A stretch of 63,891 bases of DNA, counting the filler, from Stramenopiles sp. TOSAG23-2 (taxonomy: Eukaryota), in assembly GCA_900128395.1 (NCBI GenBank). It is 37 parts of 37 records of this genome, joined end to end, with 100 filler letters (N's around TTAATTAATTAA, not from the genome) between each part and the next. Parts side by side here need not be neighbours in the genome. Positions count along the whole stretch, not along the records: positions 24,338 to 25,971 come from LT652572.1; positions 26,072 to 27,701 come from LT652573.1; positions 27,802 to 29,429 come from LT652574.1; positions 29,530 to 31,157 come from LT652575.1; positions 31,258 to 32,884 come from LT652576.1; positions 32,985 to 34,610 come from LT652577.1; positions 34,711 to 36,335 come from LT652578.1; 30 more parts are not named here. One strand, given 5' to 3'. This document shows, one piece after another, positions 24,338 to 36,435 of the stretch; the first letter of the stretch is position 1; each line of letters begins with the position of its first letter. Below the pieces are notes generated by a model, which was given only the letters and a program-made list of their open reading frames with translations, ran no database searches and was not told the DNA's origin. A program made the position numbers and the translations under genes.

Positions 24338-25234
24338 GAAGTTTATGTCGTTTTCCATCTGAATTATTACCAGAGCACATTGTTGCATCTGGGCTAACTA
24401 TGTCATAACAAAAGCAACGATATTTAATTAAATTGGCATTGTGTAAGACTAATTTTGCAGTTAGGTCTACTGTTTTAAATTGTTTTTGTTTTACAGAATA
24501 GCCATCATCCACAACCTCTATCTCATCGCTTAGCATATATGTTATAACACCTTCTTCACCTCTATATTTTTCCTCTGCATGTGCGTATACTGCTTTTTTG
24601 CCAACGTTGCGAACTTTCTCAAATGGTAATTTAGCATTTGGTAAACATAATAATTTTCTTACTTTTTGACTAAACAATACATTTAATCTATATTTTCCAG
24701 GGTATTTTCGATTTTCTAATAATAAATTATATTGATCCAACTCAGCTTTTATACTGCTTTTTTGCCAACGTTGCGAACTTTCTCAAATGGTAATTTAGCA
24801 TTTGGTAAACATAATAATTTTCTTACTTTTTGACTAAACAATACATTTAATCTATATTTTCCAGGGTATTTTCGATTTTCTAATAATAAATTATATTGAT
24901 CCAACTCAGCTTTGACATTGTTATCAACATTTATCCAAGCTATTAGTTCTGCGCGGTCAAAAGTTTTATCAGAACCACCAATTACCATTCTTAAAACATA
25001 TTGTTGTGCGGTTTCTGATAAGGATTGAAAAATTGCCTTGACACTCCATACATTTGTATATATTGATATTTTTTTCCCTCTCGCCTCTGGTGAAAAAAAA
25101 ATGCCACCACGTTTTACAAAGCAACGCTTCACAAAGTCAAAAATATTTTTTGGCTTTTTCATTTCTCGTCTTTTCGAATCTTCCATTTCAGTAGTATCCA
25201 TTTGTACCGCCGCTGCTTTTAACATGGACGTCAT
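24338..25234 (-). CDS. TFIIH subunit p52/Tfb2-like N-terminal region, broken by a 164-bp tandem duplication (24586-24913)
   Basis: IY..VWSVKAIFQSLSETAQQYVLRM...L.AWI...YRLN..F...VRKLL resembles the Tfb2 N-terminus. Removing one duplicate joins ORFs 24749-25234 and 24282-24740. Confidence 0.55.
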
Positions 25235-25470
25235 GGTGATGTTTTTTGTTTTTTTTTTTGTCTATAATTGCACTTATGTGTTATATATCTATGTGTGTGT
25301 GTGTGTGTGGATGGAAAAAACAATGACCTATGGTATTTTTATTTTAGATGAATATAAAAATAATAAGGAAAAAAAAAAGAACAGATGAAGAGAGACGAAG
25401 ATACTAATATCAAAACAAACGAATATGAACAATAAGTGGAAAGAGACGTAAAAGATTGATTTTCTACAGA

Positions 25471-25752
25471 TATCTATATATCTAGACGACCACATAGATC
25501 ATATGTTTACTTCAATATATATATATATCTTTATTATTTAAATTTTTTTGTGTTTTTTTCGAGGTGTTCATTCAATTTTATTATATTTTAAAAAATAAAA
25601 AATCTTCGATTTATCTATATATCTAGACGACCACATAGATCATATGTTTACTTCAATATATATATATATCTTTATTATTTAAATTTTTTTGTGTTTTTTT
25701 CGAGGTGTTCATTCAATTTTATTATATTTTAAAAAATAAAAAATCTTCGATT
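25471..25752. repeat. 141-bp tandem duplication (likely artefact)
   Basis: Two identical adjacent copies. Confidence 0.85.
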
Positions 25753-26091
25753 TGATAGGTATATTTTGTACTTAAATAACACAACACTAGGAAAATGCAT
25801 TTTTCGTTGGTTTTTTTTTGCATATATTAGTGTGGCTATAATAGGATAATTTAATAATAAAAAATCGGATATTCTGATAATTTTCATCAAATGAACCATA
25901 TTATTGGTTATTTTTTGATTTTATTGACACATTATTTATCGCAACATATATTGCACCTATATATAAAAAGTNNNNNNNNNNNNNNNNNNNNNNNNNNNNN
26001 NNNNNNNNNNNNNNNTTAATTAATTAANNNNNNNNNNNNNNNNNNNNNNNNNNNNNNNNNNNNNNNNNNNNTAAAAGAAATTTATATAATA

Positions 26092-26159
26092 TATGAGTAA
26101 GAGAACATTTTATATATATATTATATGATATAGGCACATAAAATGTTCTCTTACTCATA
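26092..26159. repeat. Palindromic repeat element (TATGAGTAAGAGAACATTTTAT and its inverse)
   Basis: 22-bp inverted repeat. The core ATGAGTAAGAGAA also occurs near 10730, 53015 and 53226. Confidence 0.75.
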
Positions 26160-26274
26160 GATAGGCATATATATATACGAGACGTATATAATTTTTAGGG
26201 ATATTTTATGCCAGTGAAAAAATTTGAAAACATTAATATAATCTGTACGCCCTCCCTTTAAATTAATCTTCCAC

Positions 26275-26495
26275 ATCTTAATCAAATTCTTCATATCTGT
26301 ATTCGTACCAACAATTTCCAACGTATTTGCTACAGCAACATGGTTACTACCTGATATCGTACAATCAGTGGAACGTGTAAATATTCCAGTATTTGTCGTA
26401 ACTGCGCAATCCCATTCCACGGAATATACATTCCCAAACGATGTCATGAAAATGACATAAATGAAATAGATAGTTGTTATTATTTTTTTCATCAT
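26275..26495 (-). CDS. Secreted protein N-terminus (signal peptide + EWDC...TDC), truncated or chimeric
   Basis: MMKKIITTIYFIYVIFMTSFGNVYS signal-like segment followed by a Cys-containing beta-rich sequence. Confidence 0.45.
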
Positions 26496-27901
26496 CAAGC
26501 AATTTTTCTTTCACACAAAGTTTTTTTTCTTAAAAAAATATTATAGCAAGTCTGTACGAAACAAAATTATTGGTTCGTTGATAATAGCAGAAATTTTTTT
26601 CCTTTGTTATGAATATATTTCGATATATTGCTACCTAGAAAAAATATTCCAAGCTATAAAGTTCTTTTCAAACCATGTGCATCCTTCATTGATTGTACAC
26701 ATAGTGCATAAAAGATTTTGCCCTCTCTTTTTGTGTATCTCCTTCTTCTCCTCTTTTTCTTGTATATTCCTCCTCATCGTATACTCTAAGTACGATTACA
26801 TATACAATCCCCTATCCTATTTTTATTACATCGCTCTATCAGGGAGAAAATAGGCATTTTTCCAGGTGTCTATCGACCATTCCAGCTCGTTTCCTTCATT
26901 TTGAGGCCTGGTTTAAGGATTTTAGCTGAAAAAGTTCGATGAGTTCATTTTTGGCGTTAAATTAAACCCGGTTTTGAAATCCACTAATAATCCTTCTCAT
27001 TTACAAGGTATATTAATATGAATAAGCAGCGTACAAAGATGCTTAGTTGATGTATGTAATACCATCAGTTGTTGTAATTTGGCATCATAGTTATAATTTA
27101 GTGTAATAAAATATTTTAATAACAACCACGAACACACACAATATAAAAATATATAATATATATTAAATTACCCCTCCTTTGAATTAAATGCATTTGCTAA
27201 TTCATTGTAATTGTCAATTTTTTCCATCCTACCTTCAATATATTGCATATGCTCTTTACATTCAACTTGCACAAGATATGTGAAAGCATCCTACTTCTTA
27301 AATGATGATATATAACTTTTTTCTTTGCATATGTTTTGGCAATATCTATAGGTATGAAATATTTTGCTAATATTTCTTCACTTTCCTCGTATAATCCTTT
27401 TCCTGTCTCATCCTCGTCATCATTATGATGACGACGACGATGCTGTTTTTCTTCTTTTTTTTCTTCCTTTTTCCGTGCCATTAATGTTGTTGTTGTTTTT
27501 TTTATTTATGTATCCGTGCAATAATATACTCTTATAGTACTAGTATATGTATGCGTGTATGTATATATAATATATGCAATTTATAGAAATTCCACACACA
27601 TCCCTCGAGGCATTTATATACATTTATACACCTTTTACTTATTGATTCTTAGAGGCATTTATACACCTTTTACTTATTCATTCTTACATGATGTATAATA
27701 ANNNNNNNNNNNNNNNNNNNNNNNNNNNNNNNNNNNNNNNNNNNNTTAATTAATTAANNNNNNNNNNNNNNNNNNNNNNNNNNNNNNNNNNNNNNNNNNN
27801 NTAGCAATGGGAATTGGATTAGATGATTTCCATTATGGTAATCGTGAGCATTAAAAGGGTGAATTTTGATTACGTACACGAATATAATTTTTAAAAAATT
27901 T

Positions 27902-29429
27902 TTACATCGCAACGACATATTTATTAGTAGCGTCATCTTTTTTGTCACCATCTTTAACATCTTCACCAGTTGTATTTTTCGATGTATTTGTCTTTTCATA
28001 ATTATAATCCTCAGGATATACGATATGCTTTGTATTCATTATATTTGAAGATATAAACATTTGATTTGATGATGGAGAGGATATATTTTTTTTCCGGATG
28101 GATGATCTTCTTTTCGATGGTGATAATACCGATGAAGATGCTAACATTTCTGATAATCTTGAAGGCTTTGCAAGCATTATATTTGAAGATATAAACATTT
28201 GATTTGATGATGGAGAGGATATATTTTTTTTCCGGATGGATGATCTTCTTTTCGATGGTGATAATACCGATGAAGATGCTAACATTTCTGATAATCTTGA
28301 AGGCTTTGCAAGCACTGGTGGCATTACATCATGTTTTGAAACTTCGGAAGTTGGTTCCCAATTAAGTTTTTCATATTCTACATTATTTGTTATCTTAACA
28401 TGTTTCCTACCATAATCATTCGGGTTAATATATGAGGGGTCCTCGTCAATTTCTTCTACTTTTTTGCCTTCATCAATATCCTTTTTTTTACGTACCATCT
28501 TTTTCTTAACTTTCTTCTTACGTTTTTTTTTCTTCATCTTCGTACTTTTTGTAGACATCACGCTGGATTTACCTTCTAACAGATTGGTATTGCGATTAGC
28601 CATATGAATATAATCAACATCATGGCATGTTTGATATGATTCATCATAATGCTTTTGAGCAATTGACATATTTGCTACAAATGTCATCATTTGTCCAGGC
28701 TTTAATGCTGAAGATAAAACCTGTGTCAAAGGGGAATTGCGAATTGGTAATGATCGCTTAGCTTTCCCAGTTGGAAAAGCATTTAATCTGGCTTTTGCTA
28801 AACACTCTAACAACGCAGATTGATTACTATGTCCTCCGCTCGATGCAGTTTGATCCGTGTGACAGCATTCCACGAAATAATATTTACCAGTCTTCTCTTC
28901 ACCTTCAGACAATCGATCACCACGTACATCCCATCTATCGCTAACTCCAGTAATTTTACATTGAATTAAATATATTGTTGTTAATCCTTCCATTTCCAAT
29001 GTATCGCGTGCTAAATATCCACGATAACATTCATTTAAGAAAGATTTATAATTTTTTGTTTCAGTAACTACTAAATCGTCTGGCCAATACGACTCTTCTT
29101 CAGGACTCCATCTCAACGCTTTTGGTTCTGTTGGATTTAAACTTAGCATATCATACGCAACTGGTATTGATGTGTCATAATCATTCACAACCATGATGGA
29201 AGTAACTACTAAATCGTCTGGCCAATACGACTCTTCTTCAGGACTCCATCTCAACGCTTTTGGTTCTGTTGGATTTAAACTTAGCATATCATACGCAACT
29301 GGTATTGATGTGTCATAATCATTCACAACCATGATGGACAAACTGGTGACAATATTTGTTTGTTCGTATAGACCTCGGTGACTAACTTCTTTAAAGATAT
29401 AGCTAATAGCGCGTGGAAATATCCCATCA
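27902..29429 (-). CDS. Highly divergent kinesin-motor-like protein, 5'-truncated, with two 138-bp tandem duplications (28037-28314, 29063-29338)
   Basis: LPIRNSPLTQVLSSAL..G.MMTFVANMS....YDESYQT matches kinesin HIPYRDSKLT.LL..SLGG...T.MIANISP....EETL.T. The switch II position reads KYYFVECCHTD. Confidence 0.65.
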
Positions 29430-29727
29430 NNNNNNNNNNNNNNNNNNNNNNNNNNNNNNNNNNNNNNNNNNNNTTAATTAATTAANNNNNNNNNNNNNNN
29501 NNNNNNNNNNNNNNNNNNNNNNNNNNNNNCATGTACGCATAATTTATTTTTTAATTTTTTACTCATGATACGGGCGGATGGTTCGTAATTTTTTACTCTT
29601 TAAAAGAATAACGTACAAATAACTGAGGAGGCAATAAATATCTACGAAGTATGTCACACTATATGATCTTAATATTCTCATAAAAAGGAGAATGTCAATG
29701 AAGGTTAAATATAGTTGGTATCACAAA

Positions 29728-31103
29728 TTAAATAGGGTATGAACCTAGTATCGTTGCCCTATGCAATATTCTCAATCCATTTTTGGCACCTTCTTGATTC
29801 CCAGCTTGTCCTGCCCGATGTGCTAATGCTAAATTATCAGTCACAACTATATCGCCTTTAGACCAAACATGCACGTAATTATTTCCTTCTTCCGAGCAAA
29901 CTTTTTGTATTTCTGACATTATATAGCTAATTTCCTCTTTATCAATTTTTTGCAACACTTCAACATCCATCTCATCGTCTTTCTTATTGTATATGAAATA
30001 ATTTAAATGAGGTATCCATCGTTGTATATCATTATCCCAAATCGCAGAATTCTCATCTAATTTTATATTACCTAATTTCCCAGACACTATTTCTCTTAAA
30101 TCGTTTAAACCGCCTAGTTGAAAAATGGCTTGACCAGTTTCAGGATGATCGTACAATAATGGATGGTATATGCCAGTTACTGTGGAGCATAGCGTAGGAA
30201 GAGTACGTGTTTTGTTAGAGCAAAAATACACTAAAAATGCAAGCCCGCATGTAAGAGATCATATATATAGAAGATCAATAGAAAAAGAACATATATTTTT
30301 AAAGGAACTTTCTTTTTCGGTTTAGGGAAGTAAAATTTGACTTACCATCCGATGTACCAATCATATTATACATTCTATTTACAAATTGAAAATTTTTAGA
30401 AGCCATAACACTCACGACTTTATTCTGTAGAGCGTAGTGTATAAATGGGTCATGTGTTAGAGAGGATATCCTTTTTTTTTTTTTAGTCTAAGGGGGAATA
30501 TAGTAATTATTTACTTACTAAATGAGCATATTGCGTATTACCCCCCTGTGGTGTTTCGACGATTTGATAAACAGCATGTGAATATCCATTTTGCATGAAA
30601 GAGCCATCGTTATGCCATCCTACACTGCCTAAACCATTTGGTGTATAACAACCAATCTCAGGGTTATTTGAGACACGAAAAACATCTTTATGCTCACATT
30701 TTGGATGTACCCTATGTGCACTATGGATTTCCCCACTACCAAATAATTTAGCAAATTGAAGTAAATTAACTGCAGACATTACTTTCCTATTGCCTTCCAC
30801 TTTTCCATACTTTTGTTTCTCATCATCTTTAACAAATTGCTCTTTGAAAACCAATATTTTATATGTACGAACTAGGTAATTCAAATGTTGCCTTATGACT
30901 TCCATTTTCGTTGCTCCGTCTTCACTAGTATTCTTATTTGTTGCTGATAATACATCATTAACTATGTCCAACTTACGAATAACTACACCAAACGTCTCAT
31001 CATTAGTTAGGGGCTCTACAAAATATGTGGCCTGTTTTGGAATTAAATATTTATTTTTTTCCTGAAATTTCTTCTCATTATCATTTAAACGTACTTTTGA
31101 CAT
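29728..31103 (-). CDS. TauD/TfdA-family 2OG-Fe(II) dioxygenase; exons 31103-30519, 30424-30346, 30179-29728
   Basis: WHNDGSF, GGNTQYA, HPLL..HPETG, HVWSKGDIVVTDNLALAHRA and RILHRATI. Two GT-AG introns give one continuous frame. Confidence 0.92.
30180..30345 (-). mobile_element. TauD intron 2 (166 nt), diverged member of the same intron family
   Basis: GTAAGT...TTCCCTAAACCGAAAAA at the 5' end and CTCTAACA...CTATGCTCCACAG at the 3' end; phase 1. Confidence 0.6.
30425..30518 (-). mobile_element. TauD intron 1 (94 nt), putative Introner-like element
   Basis: GTAAGT...TATTCCCC...A-run...GATATCCTCTCTAACACAT...CATTTAT...TACGCTCTACAG; collinear with the GH35 intron. Confidence 0.75.
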
Positions 31104-31257
31104 GATAGCATTACTGTTTTTATTCTTGTGTTACATATATATATATATATATATACGNNNNNNNNNNNNNNNNNNNNNNNNNNNNNNNNNNNNNNNNNNN
31201 NTTAATTAATTAANNNNNNNNNNNNNNNNNNNNNNNNNNNNNNNNNNNNNNNNNNNN

Positions 31258-31468
31258 ATAACCAATCTTGTAATATCTCCCAATTATCATTGATTTCTTT
31301 GTAATTCCCGATGAAAAAATATGGCATAGGTTGTGGTATTTTATGTCGTTTAAAATATGAATTTGGTGCAGCAATAAATACATATAAATATATGATAATA
31401 AATAAACATATACTTAATAAAATGATGGATGTGGTGGATAATGTTTCCAATATGATGGATACAAGCAT
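31258..31468 (-). CDS. Cytochrome P450-like N-terminus (membrane anchor + Pro-rich hinge), truncated
   Basis: Hydrophobic anchor followed by YFKRHKIPQPMPYFFIGN. Confidence 0.6.
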
Positions 31469-32183
31469 TATTATTTTTGCTTTTATAATAAAAAAAATAA
31501 ATGAAGGTTTTGTATATATAACTTGTTGTTGTATAATTTGTTATTGTTGTTGTTGTTGCTCAATCGATGTTGATCGTTCGTTGAATATATATATATATAT
31601 ATATATACAATTTCTGCGTTTCAACTTTCTTTCTACGTCCTTAACTATTTGTATACCATTTATACCATTGTAAAAGGGTGCAAGGAAATGAAAAAAATAA
31701 ATGTCATTAAAAAACAATATGATATAGCACTATATAAAAAGTTAAACAGAAAAAGTTTTTAAAGAAACACACAAAACACTTCTTTGTTTAAACATGTCTC
31801 TCTGCATTTACATTCATAAATTGTCCGCTCTGAAACTACAGTAAACACTCTCTCTCCTCATTACACACCCAAAACACCCAGAGAGTTCATAGTCTTGTTG
31901 ACGACTGATTACACTTCCTCTTACTTATAGCAATATATATATCCTCTGTTCCATTTTTTAATTATTATCATCATATATAATATGATAACACGTTGTCAAA
32001 ATTACGCGAGACAGTATGTAAAAAAAAAACAACCCCACACATATACACGGTTATAATTTCATACCTCCCTTTACGTAAAGTACACCATATCCTACATCAT
32101 CACACGTATTTCAGGTGATGAACTAAAAATTGCACTTCATCGTTGTGGATGCCATATTATAATTCCCATTCAATATAATACGT

Positions 32184-32884
32184 TTACCTCGATCGACCAC
32201 CACCACCACCACCACCACGTGCTTGTTGCAAACCATGAACTACACCAAGTCCTTCACATAAATCAACAACAATTGTTGTATCATTCTCACCACCAGTACC
32301 ACGTTGTTTTTTAGATAAATATTCTAATTCACGTTGAAAATCTTCAATACTGCCACGATTACGTTTAAAACCAATGTTGGATAAACCTTTTTGTGCTTTT
32401 TTTACTAATTTATCTTTTTTTATTGATAATGCTATGAATTCTGCTAGACGATAATTAAATGCTCGGCGTTCACGTATTTTATTTGATTGTCGATAATATT
32501 CTTCTAATGAACGTTGATCTTCCGTACGTCGTATTTTATCACGTAAACGATTATCAAATGTTCTACCAGAATTGCCTTTACCAATATATGCCTCTGCAAC
32601 AAATGTTTGAAAGGTTTTATTATTTGTGAAAAAATCACCATATTGTACAGCTTCATCAAAATATGGTACACCTTCTCCACGCGTTAAATGGCAATTGCCT
32701 AATTGTATATTTGCTTGACATATTAAATAATGAAACCGTTCTTGTTGTTCCATATAATACTGACGTCGATCTTTTTCCTTATCAAAATTAGATTTATGAC
32801 TTTCAATTTCCAATGCCATATGAAAGATTTCATGTGCTAATTTAATGGCATGTTTTAAATATGCTACACGTTGTTCATCCCGTA
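32184..32884 (-). CDS. Helical (TPR-like) protein C-terminal fragment
   Basis: Open from the contig edge; QANIQLGNCH and AEAYIGKGN helices. Confidence 0.5.
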
Positions 32885-33039
32885 NNNNNNNNNNNNNNNN
32901 NNNNNNNNNNNNNNNNNNNNNNNNNNNNTTAATTAATTAANNNNNNNNNNNNNNNNNNNNNNNNNNNNNNNNNNNNNNNNNNNNATTTTCATCTCCATAA
33001 TATTCAGTATCGCAGACTCGTGAACCCCATTTAATTTTT

Positions 33040-33197
33040 TTTCTTTCCTCTCCACCTTGTATGAATTTGCTTAATTTCTTAATTAATGTACTTTTTCCAA
33101 AACCATTTGGACGTAATAAATAAAACTTTGAACCAGGTATTAATAATTTCGCTATACCTTTCGTGGAATCAATGGAGAAAAATTGTTTCGCGTTCAT
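33040..33197 (-). CDS. AAA-ATPase-like (PF09820-type) N-terminal fragment
   Basis: IDSTKGIAKL...FYLLRPNGFGKSTLI resembles YVDKT..I..L...YFL.RPRRFGKS. Confidence 0.65.
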
Positions 33198-33692
33198 CCT
33201 GTGTGGTTGACAATGATGATAGAAAGATGATGGATAAGGATGATGGATATTTTGTATAGAACGATATAGAGAGAGGTTTATGCATGTTTATCCAATGTGA
33301 ATATTTTTTCATATTATTATTTTTGAAGATTATTTATTATTTTATTATTTTTTGTTGGGGGGGGGGGCAAAAGTTTTTTCATCATCCCTTACAATATCAT
33401 TTTTCATATTATTATATGTATGATATTATACTGTTGATCACTTTTTAAGGATAGCTGGATAGGAAAAGTTGACAGATTAAGATGAGGAGGAGGATGAAAA
33501 AAGCAGCAACAAAAGATCGCCGCCGTCTCATCAATTTAATAAATTGAAAAATTGAATAATTGTACATCTCTCAGAGATATGTGTGTGTGTGTAAAGGTGT
33601 CATAACTATACATATATATATATATATATACTTATATATATATCCTTCCATATAACAACAACAACAGCAAGCAAACAGTTCAATTTTTTATC

Positions 33693-34610
33693 ATGGCATC
33701 AATATCCTCCTCTTCCTCAGGTAACAACAATACTGAATATGGTGAAGTTGTATTTAGTGGAGAACAAGGAATAGATAATAATAATAATGATGATGATGAG
33801 AATAAAAATGGTAATAATGTAGCACCACCACCAGGAAAACCACCAGCAACACAGCAGAACACAGTTACTTCCAATACTCCGTCTAAAACATATTATCCCG
33901 TAGAAAATGGAAGAAAATTATCTTCATCGTTACTTTGGGAATTACAGCGTGAATTTTATGAAGAGCAAAATGTCAAGGCATGGTCAAAAAGTTTAGTGCC
34001 ACATTTCGTCTCGTCAAATGCGTATTTAGCACATTGTTACGCTCGTTTAATTATTGCATATGCAACAGACGTATATAAAAAAGACCCATCGTTTAATTAC
34101 AACGATCCGCCAGAAAATACATTGAAATATTTCAATATTATTGAAATCGGTGCAGGACACGGTAAATTTGGATACCTCGTTTTGCAGAAATTAGTACGAT
34201 TGCGAGAATTTTGGCCTAGGGAAAATTGTTTTAGGTATATATTGACAGATTTTGTTCAAGATACAGTCGATTTTTGGGAAAAAAATGAATCTTTTTTAAA
34301 TTTTTTTAGAACTGGTTTGTGTGATTATGCAAAATTTGATGCAGAGAAAGATACAGAAATTGTATTGCAACGGGCTGGGCATGTTTTGGATTTAAAAAAT
34401 GCACCTAATTCTATATTTATATCAAATTATGTCTTTGATACATTGAGACAAGATGCATTTCGTATTCAAAATGGCAAGTTGGAAGAAATTTTATGTTCAG
34501 TATTTTCAGAAACGGAAAATGATAGTTTAAAAATTAAAGGCTTAATGGATCGTTTAAAAATTAAATGGGGTTCACGAGTCTGCGATACTGAATATTATGG
34601 AGATGAAGCG
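33693..34610 (+). CDS. SAM-dependent methyltransferase, MidA/NDUFAF7-like fold, 3'-truncated
   Basis: IIEIGAGHGKFG (motif I), YILTD, ISNYVFDTL.QDAF; N-terminal SLLWELQREFY..AW...VPHFVSSN. Confidence 0.8.
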
Positions 34611-34710
34611 NNNNNNNNNNNNNNNNNNNNNNNNNNNNNNNNNNNNNNNNNNNNTTAATTAATTAANNNNNNNNNNNNNNNNNNNNNNNNNNNNNNNNNN
34701 NNNNNNNNNN

Positions 34711-35343
34711 AACTTGCACCATCAATATAGGATTAAACTCCTCAGCATCATTTATATACAAAAATGGTTTGATCACTTGCGGCAAGATAACATCCATCCA
34801 TTTTGTAACGTGACTAATATATGGCTCTGCGTAAGTCCTCAACTGAATTGTTCCATTAGATAACAACCATGCAGGAAAACCACCAAATTCCCACTCTCCG
34901 CAGACGTACGGCCCGGGCTGTGGAACGTACCGAATAAATGAGGAATAATGTGTTAGAGAGGATATCAATTTTTTTTTAGGTTTAGGGGAATAGAATGTAC
35001 TTACTCGAATTAATGCATACATTTTTCTATCTTTGATTATCTCCAAAAAGTACGTAACATTTTTGCCTTTAGTCGTAAAATCATAGACGTTGTGTTCAGT
35101 TTCATGGTAGTTCCAAGGTATGTAGAATTCAACTGCGTTAAAGCCGAGAGACAATAGACGGTCTAAGTTTTCTTCCCAATACTCTGGGGGAGTTCGAAAA
35201 TAATGCATATTACCAGATAATATTCTAATAGGTTTATTATTTATCATAAATTGATTATTTGATATTGTAAATAAAGATGATGTTGATGCTAATAATATTG
35301 AAAAGAAAAATAGTATTATTGTTGTCATCATATGTACGTCCAT
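34711..35343 (-). CDS. GH35 beta-galactosidase with signal peptide, truncated; intron at 35004-34918
   Basis: ILSGNMHYFR, YIPWNYHE, and after splicing LIR|PGPYVCGEWEFGGFPAWL; PILMVQV. Confidence 0.95.
34918..35004 (-). mobile_element. GH35 intron (87 nt, phase 0), putative Introner-like element
   Basis: GTAAGTACATTCTATTCCCCTAAACCTAAAAAAAAATTGATATCCTCTCTAACACATTATTCCTCATTTATTCGGTACGTTCCACAG; splits the conserved RPGPY motif. Confidence 0.8.
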
Positions 35344-35810
35344 GTTACAAAAGTTTAATCCTTTACAATATTATTCTTTTGTTGGGTAACATAATTTATA
35401 ATTCTTATATATTTATATAAGGATATTTAAATATGCGCAGTAGATCGATTATAGATATATACAAAGATTGATGAGAAGAAGAGCATCGCAAGAGTATACA
35501 TGTAATAATATTAATATATATATGGAAGATTTGAAGAAATTATATAAAAAAAATTAATAAATAAATCCATAATAAGGAGTCATGTATCATGTGCTCATGA
35601 CTATGTGCTATGTGCTCGTCTTTTTCTCTCTGCTTTAGCTTTCTTCTTCTATTCTCTACCTACCAGGTTAAGGTATTATTATACCAGGTAAAAAAAAATG
35701 TAGAAGAGAAGAAAAACCGCAAACCGCACTCTTACTGTATTGGACTTATTATAATCATATTATTATTCGACAAAAATATTTATAATAATAGTCTATTAAC
35801 AAAATCATTT

Positions 35811-36335
35811 TTAGTATCCACCACCATGGCCTCCTCGTCCTCCCCTTCCACTTGATGAGCGTGAAAAGTTATTATTATTATTATTGTTTCCACCGCGTCC
35901 ACCACCACGGCCCCCTCTGCCACGTCCTCTTCCTCGTCCTCTACCTCGTCCTCCTCTACCACCACGTCTGTTATTATTACCACGTCGATTATTATTATCT
36001 TTTTTTAAAATTTTATGCTTTCGTTCACTTTGTGGTAAACTCAGCTCTTTCAATTCCTCTCGATATCTTTTTAACATTCCCATTAAATAAGCATTGTAAT
36101 TAGTTATCTGCTTATCTTCGCTTTCATTTTGTTGTTTATGATCTAATGTTTCTCCTAAATCTTTTAAAATTTCTACAACAACTTTATATGGAAATGTACA
36201 TAATGCATCGATATTACGTTCGTCTAATTTATCATATAATTCTGCCAAGTCTTCATTATCATCATTACGATTTTGTTCAATTAAGCTTGTGATTAATTCC
36301 CTGACTTCGCGTTGGATTTTTTCACCTTGTATAGC
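35811..36335 (-). CDS. RNA-binding protein fragment: hnRNP-Q/R acidic (NURR)-like domain + RGG tail
   Basis: LDERNIDALCTF...ITNYNAYLMGMLKRYR resembles LDERA..AL..F...NKSAFL.GVMK.YR; RGG repeats follow. Confidence 0.7.
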   Translation of the reverse strand, partial: AIQGEKIQREVRELITSLIEQNRNDDNEDLAELYDKLDERNIDALCTFPYKVVVEILKDLGETLDHKQQNESEDKQITNYNAYLMGMLKRYREELKELSLPQSERKHKILKKDNNNRRGNNNRRGGRGGRGRGRGRGRGRGGRGGGRGGNNNNNNNFSRSSSGRGGRGGHGGGY

Positions 36336-36435
36336 NNNNNNNNNNNNNNNNNNNNNNNNNNNNNNNNNNNNNNNNNNNNTTAATTAATTAANNNNNNNNN
36401 NNNNNNNNNNNNNNNNNNNNNNNNNNNNNNNNNNN

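Noticed and set aside
24586-24913. Many 105-280 bp tandem duplications (also 618, ~12950, 25471, 28037, 29063, 49088, ~50770, ~51215, 56455) as a biological amplification system
   Set aside because: They are read-length sized, near-identical and often frameshift conserved genes, which is typical of mis-merged overlaps or haplotypes. Read mapping would be needed to rescue any of them.
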